This document shows, in pieces, positions 37,594 to 47,900 of a stretch of 64,000 nucleotides of DNA. The DNA is taken from assembly GCA_950097015.1 (NCBI GenBank), contig CATNEN010000030.1, forward strand, positions 248,001-312,000, written 5' to 3'. The notes under the pieces were generated by a model. The model was not told the origin of the DNA. It was given only the letters and a program-made list of their open reading frames with translations, and ran no database searches. Numbering within the stretch: position 1 is the stretch's first letter; each line of letters opens with the position of its first letter. Origin of the DNA: Macrostomum hystrix (Eukaryota; Animalia; Platyhelminthes). The position numbers and the translations under genes are program-made.

Positions 37594-40512
37594 ATGACGC
37601 CGTTAGAGGATACCTGAGAAATGAATGAAAAGCTCTTTACTGGAATACCGTCTGTCACACTCTATATGCAAATCCGTGTGCGTCTCGTTTATCGATTTTA
37701 GTTAGCCTACGTTATTTCTCCTTTACATCTTCAGCGCTACCGCCGCCGAAACAGATCCCAAATCCCAACTTGAACAGTATCTTTCGACCCCTGCTAAACC
37801 TAATTGAGAAAAGGAGGCGATATGCCAATTGTTTTTTGATTGGATGCAACAATACACGATTGGGATTCAATTGAAAAAAGTGACAGATCAGTTATGCAAA
37901 GCAAGTTTTTAGTTATTTTTACAAGCACTTATGTATCTAGCTTAGTTTATATTACATATAAGCTGATGACTGCATGCACTTTTAGCAGGGCGCTTTTAGC
38001 AGCGGATCGATTGCGCACAGAAGAACGATGTCGTCTGCGCTTTCTAGGGCCGGAAGCGCGACCTACCGCAGAGTTTCGGACGAAACCTATAGAGCCCTGA
38101 TTAGGATTAGGCGAATCACAAATTGCACTGTAGTGAATCCTTCACTTTGGAGGAGCATGGAGCAGCTCGATACGCACTGGTTATCAAGGCTGCTGTAGCT
38201 TTCCTTTGATGTTATAGGGGCCATGCTGTCACCTCCGGCGCCTCAACTGCAGTAGTTCTTGTTTAGCAGCCAGGTGACAGGGAGGACCAGTTCTGGGGAG
38301 CTTTTACACACTGAATACCTTGACAAGACCTGGGGGCCGCATCCGCTCGGGTGGTCTTGAGAGCAAGAATTGGAGACCTTTGGCAAGATACTTTATTCCC
38401 TCATTTTTTAGTCACACACTTACCTGTAAAATGGATACCAGCATCAGCTAGGATAGAAATTAGGGTGGGGTGGGGCAGTCCTGTATTATCAATGTAGCAG
38501 ACAGATGTAGCCTCTGGAGTTAAGCGCCTTTGAAGAGCTTGCAGCGGTGCCTCTGTCTGTAGTTCTGGTCCAAGTGGGTAAGGTGTGATTTCTATACGTT
38601 TTCTATCTATCGCATATACATTCAGGGCCTAGTGGTGCTCAATAAACTCAGGGCCAACAGCAGTGGGCCGCGACCACCTTCTGGCCAGTCAATTGATGAC
38701 CCAGGGAAGATTCAGTGAAGTCCAGCCACTTAGGCTTCACCTTGCTCACGTCAACTATTTTGACTGGGGATCGGAGCGAGCAGGTGCTTCTAGAAGGCAC
38801 TGTCAACACAATGGCATTTACTGACTAGCTGCTACCGTTTTTTTACCGCTGATAAACCTGTCTGTTGGCTCCATCTTGCAGCTGAGGCTGTGTGACCAGG
38901 CAGATGCAATGGATGGCTTGAGCATGCGAGCTCTGCCAGCTCACCGGCGAAGGAGTTCATGATCCACCATCGGCGTGAACATTCTATCAACTGATAATTT
39001 ACTGTTGAAATTTTAGCGCCTTGAATGTGGAGACTGCAGCTCCACATGTTTATTGACTAGTCGCATCGAGTGCTGTAAATGTTTTTCGCATAAAATTTTT
39101 CGTAAACTGCCAAGCTAAACAGGGGTACGTGTACCCTTATCATATACCTAGCCAACTGAATATTGGTTAGACGTGGCCAAAGCAGGACTGGCAGTATTTG
39201 ATGTATCTTGCATACATATCAGGCCTACTAACTATTTAACTACAAACTGTACAACTTCATGTTGCACATAGTTCCAGCATTGATTTTCAGTATATTGATA
39301 TTTTTAACTTCGTTACAATTCTTCGATGAATTAAGCGTATTCGTGTCTTCTGTGACAGCTTTTAGGTCACACATCTAACTAAAATAATTCAATAATAAAA
39401 CTAACTTGTTCGGAATGGCTTGTCCGGTAGTATGACTTGATAAAATAAAGTTTTTGAGACTGCAGGAAGCAAATTAGTTTTTGGTTGGCTGTAAAATATT
39501 TAATTTCATGTAAAAGGTAACTTTTAATTAATAAACAAAATATAATTCTTAATTCGAAATATATTTATTGTAGTAACAAAGAAACACATGACATCGCGCC
39601 ACAGATTTGTTTAACGCATGCGTGCCTTCGTGAGTTTATATATATCATTAATCTATAAAATTCAAAAACTCGCTCCAGAAACAAAGTACTATAATATGCT
39701 CCTAATTTAGTTAAAGTAATAACAATGATAGCAGCTTATCCTGGTTGGATCAATGAGCCGAAGGGGCCCAAAGAGGATCTTCGGTCCCTAATTGTATTAC
39801 TGCTCGTCGGAAAAAGCTGCCACACGCGGTGTGGAGTGCGGCCAGAATGGAATGCTACACCAGGCTCTGAGCTGACAGCACTCAGGACCGCACTCATGGA
39901 TCGAGGCTAGCATGTTAATGTGTCCCGACGAGAAGCTATGCACACAGAAAACTTTCGCTTCAACAAAGCCTTCATAGTATAACTCTGTGTTCGAGCCTGA
40001 GTACAAGGCGCGCCGAGAGTTTGCTCATAATTGTAAGTTGAACAGCCGATAAGCAAAGAAAACTGCTCGATTCGAATTTCTCTATACAACTCCTCTCGTC
40101 GAAATTGTCAACCTTTAAATCATGGAGGCCGTGTAATTATCGATGGAATTCCCACTTCTGACCTCTGTCTGAAACTGTCAGGCTGTGGCCAAGGTGTGTA
40201 AAAATCTCGTTAACCTACCTGTTAACACGCGATGCAAAGCTGTCTACTTACAAGGCCCCTAATTAGAGACAGACTACGCGTCACTTGAAGCACCTGGATA
40301 TGCAAGAAAAGGGCAGAAAAACAAGAGCGGAGAAGGCCTTCGTGAATAACAATTACTTGCAACGAATAATTTAGGTAAACATGAGCGTTTATACAAAAGC
40401 ATACTGCATATAGTGCCGCTAGTAGCCAGCAGTGAAAAACAACGGTGAATGGCTGCAATTTGATTCGAATCGGACAACATCAACATGTCTCGAACAAAGC
40501 CAAAATTATATT

Positions 40513-43116
40513 TTAATTGTTAACTGGCAGGACAGAGATTGAAAGCGCCGAAGGTGACTGTCCAGCTTCTGATGATGCTTCGCCTGCGGAGGTCGCCGAG
40601 TAGACACGAGGCGCTCGGCGAGATGGCCGCTTCTGTATTGCTTGCGTAGTCGGCTGCACACGTTCAGGTAGTGGTGGAGTTGGCCTCCATCGATGCTGCG
40701 GCTTAGTTGAGACGCCGGAGTTGGAAATGTCCAGCCGACGACCTGCCAGCACGATACGGGGCGACTCCTGCGATTGGGCAGCGACGCCGATGGGCGCCAC
40801 TCGACGACGCATCGCAATCGATGACATCGGGCGTGGAAACACGGAGTTATGCACCGGCTGGTGCCGCCCAGCAGCAGGAGAACTACGCGATTGCGTGGCG
40901 CGATCCGACAGCAGATCGAACATTTCAATGTTTGGATCCGATTCAGAGGTTGTCTCAGAAGTTGGTTTCTGAGGCGCAGCTGAATGTCGCTTTCGACGTA
41001 GCCAGCCTTGATAAGCTACCTGAGCGGCGAGCTTTCGCTCACTTCGCAATGTTTCGGCGTCCAACTGCTGTTGCTGCTCGCGGCGATTCATCTCACTGTC
41101 CCGGTGCTGCTGGCGGCGCGCCACTCGCTCCTTGTCGAGCAGCCACGCGCGCACCTCAGCCGCTGAGGCAGACTCGCCAGCCGACAGCCAGTGCTGCTCG
41201 ACAGCGCGTGCTCGTTGGCGTGTCGCATTTCCGTCGGCGGCAGCGTCGAGATCTTCGTGGCGCAGTTCTCGAAGCTTTGTCACGTAGGCCTGCCAGGTCT
41301 GGCGCAGTTCGACTGCGCTCTGCTCGTAAGCCTGACGCGCTTCCTTTAACAGACGATCTCGACTTTCTGGACTACCAGCGGAGGCTGAACGACCTTTGGG
41401 TCGCTGCAACCGACGTTGTCTTCTGACTGGACTAGGGGCATTGCTTGCAGCCTTCAATGCTTCAGGTCTATCCATTGTTCCTTTACTCGCATCGTTGGCT
41501 TCAGGCCTGTCCTCTGCACCAGCATCGTTAGCTTCAGGCCTGTCCTCTGCACCAGCATCGTTAGCATCAGGCCTGTCCTCTGCACCAGCATCACTAGCTT
41601 CAGGCCTGTCCTCTGCACCAGCATCGTTAGCTTCAGGCCTGTCCTCTGCACCAGCATCGTTAGCTTCAGGCCTGTCCTCTGCACCAGCATCGCTAGCTTC
41701 AGGTCGATCCTCTGCACCAGCATCGCTAGCTTCAGGTCGATCCTCTGCACCAGCATCACTAGCTTCAGGTCGATCCTCTGCACCAGCATCACTAGCTTCA
41801 GGTCGATCCTCTGCACCAGCATCACAAGCTTCAGGTCGATCCTCTGCACCAGCATCAATAGCTTCAGGCCTGTCCTCTGCACCAGCATCAATAGCTTCAG
41901 GCCTGTCCTCTGCACCAGCATCAATAGCTTCAGGCCTGTCCTCTGCACCAGCATCGTTAGCTTCAGGCCTTTCCTCTACACCAGCATCGCTAGCTTCAGG
42001 CCTGTCCTCTGCAACAGCATTGTTAGCTTCAGTTTGTTCCTCTGCACCTGCACCACAGGCTTCAGGTCGATCCTCTGCACCAGCATCACAAGCTTCAGGT
42101 CGATCGTCTGTTCCTCCGTGAGCCTCGCTTTCCGATGGTTCTGAGCTGAAGGCGTCATCATTGATTCCGTCACTCTCGACAGATAACAAAGATTTTAGTC
42201 GTGTCAGTGAACCGCCATTGGGTTCTGTCACACTCAAAGCGATCACGTTTTCCGCTGTATCGCAATCAGCTTCGTTAATAGTGACATCCTGTGTTTTTTC
42301 TTTTTGGTCTTCTAATCGCACAACTTCATCCAATGTGTCCCTCGCGTCCTCTTGATAGGCTGAAACAGTTTGGGCATCATTGACAACATCGACCGGAGAC
42401 TCAATTGCTTCGTCTAGTACTGTTGCGTCAACTGAATCACGTGCGCTTTCGCCAAGACAGCCGAGATTCTCCTCCTTGCTGCCTTCCTGCGCGAAATCCT
42501 TTGCGGGATCTCCATGGATGTCATCGAAATATTCTGCATTGTTTTCTGTCACTTCAATGACACTATTGGATATTTTGTTCGTCTGGTCTTCATTCTTTAA
42601 AGCCGTCAAGCTCTGCTGTTCTTTAACCGTTTGAGTAGATTTGCCGTCCTCTTCAGGTTTGCTTATTATAGGCTTGGTCTCATTATAATCAGTCTCGCTT
42701 TCTAAAGAAGCATTCTCCCAATCTTCGCTACCGCTGTCCTCTTTCAATGGTATACGCTTACTAAAGGGTGACGCTTCCATTGCTGATGAGTTCACGACAC
42801 TTGGCTGTCTGTTACTCGTAACTGGCTGAGAAAATTCCCACAATCTGTCTTTGTGTTCGTTGCTATCTTCATTTCGCTCGCTGCTAACTGAATTCGATCT
42901 TTCGGTTGAAAAGCTTTCCGAGATCAAGTTCCTTCTACTGCTTGCTCGACTGTCCGTTCTTCGCGACGAGTTTTGATCGTCGGGAACATTGAAGGGCCCG
43001 GATCCACTTATGTCGAGTTCTGCTATTTTTGCCAGATTAGTTGCTGCTTCCATAATAAACGAGTCGCGAGGCTGGCTAAATCTAAATTGTCTCGAGAAGT
43101 CACCATTATCGTCCAT
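40513..43116 (-). CDS. 867-aa acidic, repeat-containing protein with a C-terminal coiled coil (loosely CCDC34/CCDC181/MAP9-like)
   Basis: Uninterrupted 2.6-kb ORF; acceptor TTTCAG 8 nt before the ATG; 11-aa repeats PEAxDAGAEDR; VRAWLLDKER..AYQGWLRRK. The family assignment is tentative. Confidence 0.75.
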   Translation of the reverse strand: MDDNGDFSRQFRFSQPRDSFIMEAATNLAKIAELDISGSGPFNVPDDQNSSRRTDSRASSRRNLISESFSTERSNSVSSERNEDSNEHKDRLWEFSQPVTSNRQPSVVNSSAMEASPFSKRIPLKEDSGSEDWENASLESETDYNETKPIISKPEEDGKSTQTVKEQQSLTALKNEDQTNKISNSVIEVTENNAEYFDDIHGDPAKDFAQEGSKEENLGCLGESARDSVDATVLDEAIESPVDVVNDAQTVSAYQEDARDTLDEVVRLEDQKEKTQDVTINEADCDTAENVIALSVTEPNGGSLTRLKSLLSVESDGINDDAFSSEPSESEAHGGTDDRPEACDAGAEDRPEACGAGAEEQTEANNAVAEDRPEASDAGVEERPEANDAGAEDRPEAIDAGAEDRPEAIDAGAEDRPEAIDAGAEDRPEACDAGAEDRPEASDAGAEDRPEASDAGAEDRPEASDAGAEDRPEASDAGAEDRPEANDAGAEDRPEANDAGAEDRPEASDAGAEDRPDANDAGAEDRPEANDAGAEDRPEANDASKGTMDRPEALKAASNAPSPVRRQRRLQRPKGRSASAGSPESRDRLLKEARQAYEQSAVELRQTWQAYVTKLRELRHEDLDAAADGNATRQRARAVEQHWLSAGESASAAEVRAWLLDKERVARRQQHRDSEMNRREQQQQLDAETLRSERKLAAQVAYQGWLRRKRHSAAPQKPTSETTSESDPNIEMFDLLSDRATQSRSSPAAGRHQPVHNSVFPRPMSSIAMRRRVAPIGVAAQSQESPRIVLAGRRLDISNSGVSTKPQHRWRPTPPLPERVQPTTQAIQKRPSRRAPRVYSATSAGEASSEAGQSPSALSISVLPVNN
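41490..42110. repeat. Coding 33-bp minisatellite
   Basis: About 19 units of CTTCAGGCCTGTCCTCTGCACCAGCATCGTTAG, in frame within the 867-aa ORF. Confidence 0.92.
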
Positions 43117-43189
43117 TGATGCAGCTGAAATTCAATGTAAGATTATGCCATTCACACGTTATTGATTATATAATTAATTAATATATGAA

Positions 43190-43484
43190 ATCGACCACAC
43201 CTTCCCCAATTGGGTCGGATGGGCAGCCGACAGCACAGACGCAGCTATTGCGCGGCACATCTGAAGGCTGCGTACGGCTGTTCAGTCCATGGACTCGGGA
43301 GACGCCACACCCACCCTCTGCAATAACCCAGCTGATGCTGGTACCCATTTAACAGCTGGGTGAACTAGAGCAATGCAGAGTTAAGTGTCTTGCTAAAGGA
43401 CACAAATTGTTCAAATGGAGTCGAGAATCGAACCCCCCGAAGTAAAAGTGATAAGTCCAACACTCCGGGCTACACTAGGCTACA
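43190..43484 (-). mobile_element. SINE family A copy
   Basis: Reverse complement of the family A head and body. Confidence 0.85.
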
Positions 43485-44989
43485 AAGTTATAAAAATACA
43501 GTAAGAAAACATTAGATGTATAAAATACCTAATTGTATTTGTGTAACATCTTCCTGTTGACTGACAACATAAGTCACAGTCTATAATGAAACTTAAAGTA
43601 GCAAGTTTATTGCTAACAGATAAATTACCTTCATCAAATCACTAATAAGATGATCAACTAGATCCTCGAGCTGAAGAGACTCGTAGTAATGCCCAATTTA
43701 AGGATTCCTTTACTTCATTTAGTTCTTCATTTGAGGATTAAAAAGCAAGACTATACACATTCCAGTCCCTAGCTTAGTAATAATTTCAAAACGTAAGCGT
43801 TGTGAAACCAGATAAATCTACAATTGAAAGAGGTCATTGAATCATTTTGACTTCAATATATATAACATAACTAGTTATTTAGTTTATTTGCACGTTAGAT
43901 AGCCCTTAGAACAGAAAGAACAATATTTCGACATTTTGACTTAAAAAAATAAAACTCATGTAAATTATTTCCAATTTTAAAGGATTTAATATTAACTTGT
44001 GTTTTCCAAACAACTAGTGTAGTAAAGAAATATTGCCGTACTTCGTCCATACTTATTACCACGCGATGAATAATGTATCTGTATATCCAGTCTGCTATTT
44101 CTTAGTAACAAAACATCTAAAATCAACTCAACAGAAAGCCTCATAATTTTTTTGAACTGATAAAAATCGTGCATTTGATAAAGGAACATAAAAACGAGAG
44201 CAGCATGCTAGTTAGGCGTCACTACCACTAGGCCTTAGTATTTTTATTTGACTCATTTCACATTTTTCTAAAGAAGTATATGATAACTACTTTCTTCTTT
44301 CTTAGTAATTATGTTGCAGAGAACACATGGAGAGTAATCTTCAACTGTACGCTATGAAAAATAAATATATATGGCTTAATAAAAATGAAACTTTTACAAA
44401 TATTTTATCACAGTATCACTGACAGCGTAATATGGAGACGAGTTCACAAATTGAAAAAGTACAAATCGTCAGTGTAAACGGAGAGCAGAAAAACAAAACA
44501 AAAATATAAGAATCCTTTTCCGGCGAATTTTCGTGTAAAACCTTGCTTCATATAACTATCAAGAAAACAATATAAGAAGCATGAATGAAAGAACTAGCTC
44601 TATTTTAGCTCTCACGTGTGTGTCAAACTTCAACTTATAAAAACTTGCTTTTATAAATCTAAGAGCTGTTTCAACCTTCAAGGGATGATTCCATATCCTT
44701 TATGGTTTTAAAACTACTTGAACAAAAAAAGATAGGTGTGTTGTAGATAGATATAATCTGTGAACTAAAGCTAGGCCTATCGTGATAGGAATTAGTGAAT
44801 CGCTTCGTTTATTAAAGCATCTGTTTAGTAGGCCCACGTTATTTCTAGTAAATTTATTCGTTAGATTGCTTGGAATTTGGAGACCAGTGTCTATAATAAA
44901 GGTTGTTAGTTGGCTACAAGTTTTACTTGGCTAATTTCTGTTCAATCTAACGTAACATACAGCCATACAGGCATAAATATAATCGAGTT

Positions 44990-47900
44990 ATGGACTACAA
45001 TCCTGATCAAATATTTGCTTGTCTGGAGTCAGTTTATTCTGCACCTAACAACAAAATTCGGATTGAAGCATATCAGGTATGAACATTATTACACTTGATT
45101 TTTGCTAGGTATAGCTAGCTTAAGTATGGCTAGTGTTTTGGAAGAATTCTTGTCTATAAAACCTTAAAATGTGAAATAGCTTTGAAAACAGTCAGAAGTG
45201 AGCAGTCTTCTGGCCAGTTGAAGGCCAATGGGTTTGTTCATGTAACTTTTGCAACATGTGGCTTAATAAGTATAAAGTATTTATCTTTTTTCTTTAAGAC
45301 CCCTAGTGTGAGTCTAATATTTCCTTTGATAAATATTTTTTAGAGAATAGTACTGCATGTTATCACACTTATTAGTATCATTCTGATGAACATTTGTTCC
45401 ACTCATGATTCTATTTCCCATTAGCATAAAAAATATTTATTGCAGTTTGTTGATTCAATTATAATGTAGTCCATTTATCTTAATTGCCTAATAAATGTTT
45501 AGGTTTAGCATTTAACATTGAATTAAAACATTTGCACATTGTTGTTGTTTGTCTTTGCACCCCAAAACAAGTATGTAAATGTAGGAAACATGTATGCGAC
45601 TATATACATTGTTCAAATGTACATGGGTAGACTAGAATTGATATCAATTTATGTTTTCCCATTTCCCATTTCGAATTTAGGCAAATAATATTTATTTCAG
45701 CATTACCACTTTGCTTAAATCAATTAAAATTGACTAAAACTTTTAATATCAGCATTATATTCATTTCACAGAGCCTATATTTTGTCCCATTGATACTTAA
45801 GTATTATACATAGGGCCTAGTAATAGTTTTGCTTATTAATGGCAAAAATAATTCAACATCTCTTGGGGTTCTCAGTTTGTGTACCCCAATTTTACATTAT
45901 GAGTTAGAAATGAGTTAGCTGATAGCTTGCAATCAGTCAAATATGTTATACTCTAAAACCTTCGACAGCAAATCGAGGCCTTCCAGCAGCAGCTAGTTTC
46001 AGTGAATCAGCTGTCCAGCATCTTAGAAGCCTGTCGCACTGATGTGCAGCGCAACTTTGGCCTTCACTGCCTGCTGTGCTTCCAACGCAATGCCTGGAAT
46101 CGCATTCTCATTGAAGACAAGCACCAATTTAAAACTATGGTGTTTGGCCTGGTGCTCCGGCCACAGTGGCCTACACACGAGTCGCTATGCAAAGTCATTG
46201 TGGAACTTGTGAAACGAGAATGGCCACAGCACTGGCCTACATTTGTGAATGAGATGATGGAGCTCAGTGTAGGCAGCTTTCTGTTGTTTCTACGTTAATT
46301 TCTTTTCATAACATGCGACCTTTGAAATTGTATCGCTATAGACCTATCGTGTCATTGTTTTCGTTTTTTCGCTAAGTTTTTACCAAAATGCGAAGTATTT
46401 TGTATTAATCCTTCAGCTTGTGGGTGTTTTACCCTCTTCCCCTTGTCCTTCAGCTTGTGGGTGTTTTACCCTCTTCCCCTAGTCCTTCAGCTTGTGGGTG
46501 TTTTATCCTCTTCCCCTAGTCCTTCAGCTTGTGGGTGTTTTACCCTCTTCCCTTTGTCCTTCAGCTTGTGGGTGTTTTATCCTCTTCCCCTAGTCCTTCA
46601 ACTTGTGAGTGTTTTATTCTCTTCCCCTAGTCCTTCAGCTTGTGGGTGTTTTACCCTCTTCCCCTAGTCCTTCAGCTTGTGGGTATTTATCTTTTCCCAC
46701 TAGTAATTTGCGGGTGTTTATCTTCTCCCACTAGTCCTTTTTGGCTGTTTATCTTTCCCCTTCCCTAGTCCTTCAGCTTGCAGGTGTTTTATCCTCTCTC
46801 CCAAGTCCTTCAGTTATTGCAACACGCTACTTCAGCATCATCGTTATGAATTCCCACAGAAGCGCAACGTCTCGCTAGTTCTGTCCGTATTCCTGCGCCT
46901 CTCCGAGGATGTGTTCGAATTTCAAAATGTTCCAGCTCAGCGCCGCAAGGATATCATGGCCGGCCTGAATGAGAATGTCGATGCCATCTTTGGCATTGTT
47001 TACAGCTGCCTGGTGACTAACGTGCAAGCCTATGTGGCCATGGTGAGCATTTAATATAAGCAGTGTGTATATTTTCTCTAATACGAGCCGTATAACTTCT
47101 CCTCCTCCAGTTCTGCTGCATGTCAGCCTTCTCCCCCCACCAGTTCCTCAGCTTGTCAGCCTTCTCCCCCCACCAGTTCCTCAGTTTGTCAGCCTTCTCC
47201 CCCACCAGTTCCTCAGTTTGTCAGCCTTCTCTCCCACCAGTTCCTCAGTTTGTCAGCCTTCTCCCCCCACCAGTTCCTCAGTTTGTCAGCCTTCTCCCCC
47301 CACCAGTTCCTCAGCTTGTCAGCCTTCTCCCCCCACCAGTTCTTCAGTTTGTCAGCCTTCTCCCCCACCAGTTCCTCAGCTTGTCAGCCTTCTCCCCCCA
47401 CCAGTTCCTCAGTTTGTCAGCCTTCTCCCCCCACCAGTTCCTCAGCTTGTCAGCCTTCTCCCCCCACCAGTTCTTCAGTTTGTCAGCCTTCTCCCCACCA
47501 GTTCCTCAGCTTGTCAGCCTTCTCCCCCCACCAGTTCCTCAGTTTGTCAGCCTTCTCCCCCCACCAGTTCCTCAGTTTTTCAGCCTTCTCCCCCACCAGT
47601 TCCTCAGTTTGTCAGCCTTCTCCCCCACCAGTTCCTCAGCTTGTCAGCCTTCTCCCCCACCAGTTCCTCAGTTTGTCATCCTTCTGCAAATATGTTTTGC
47701 CTTTCAAGGCCCAGCAGGGTGGCGCAGACCCGGCCGCGGTAGATGCAACTCTCCGGCTGTGCAAACTGGCCCTGGCCACCCTGACGGCATTCATGGAGTG
47801 GGTGAAGACTGACTATCTGATGCAGGAGGACGCGCTGTTGATAAGGATGCTGGTGCAATTATTGCCGCTGCCGCATGTTTGCTACGAGTCTAGCGAAGCT

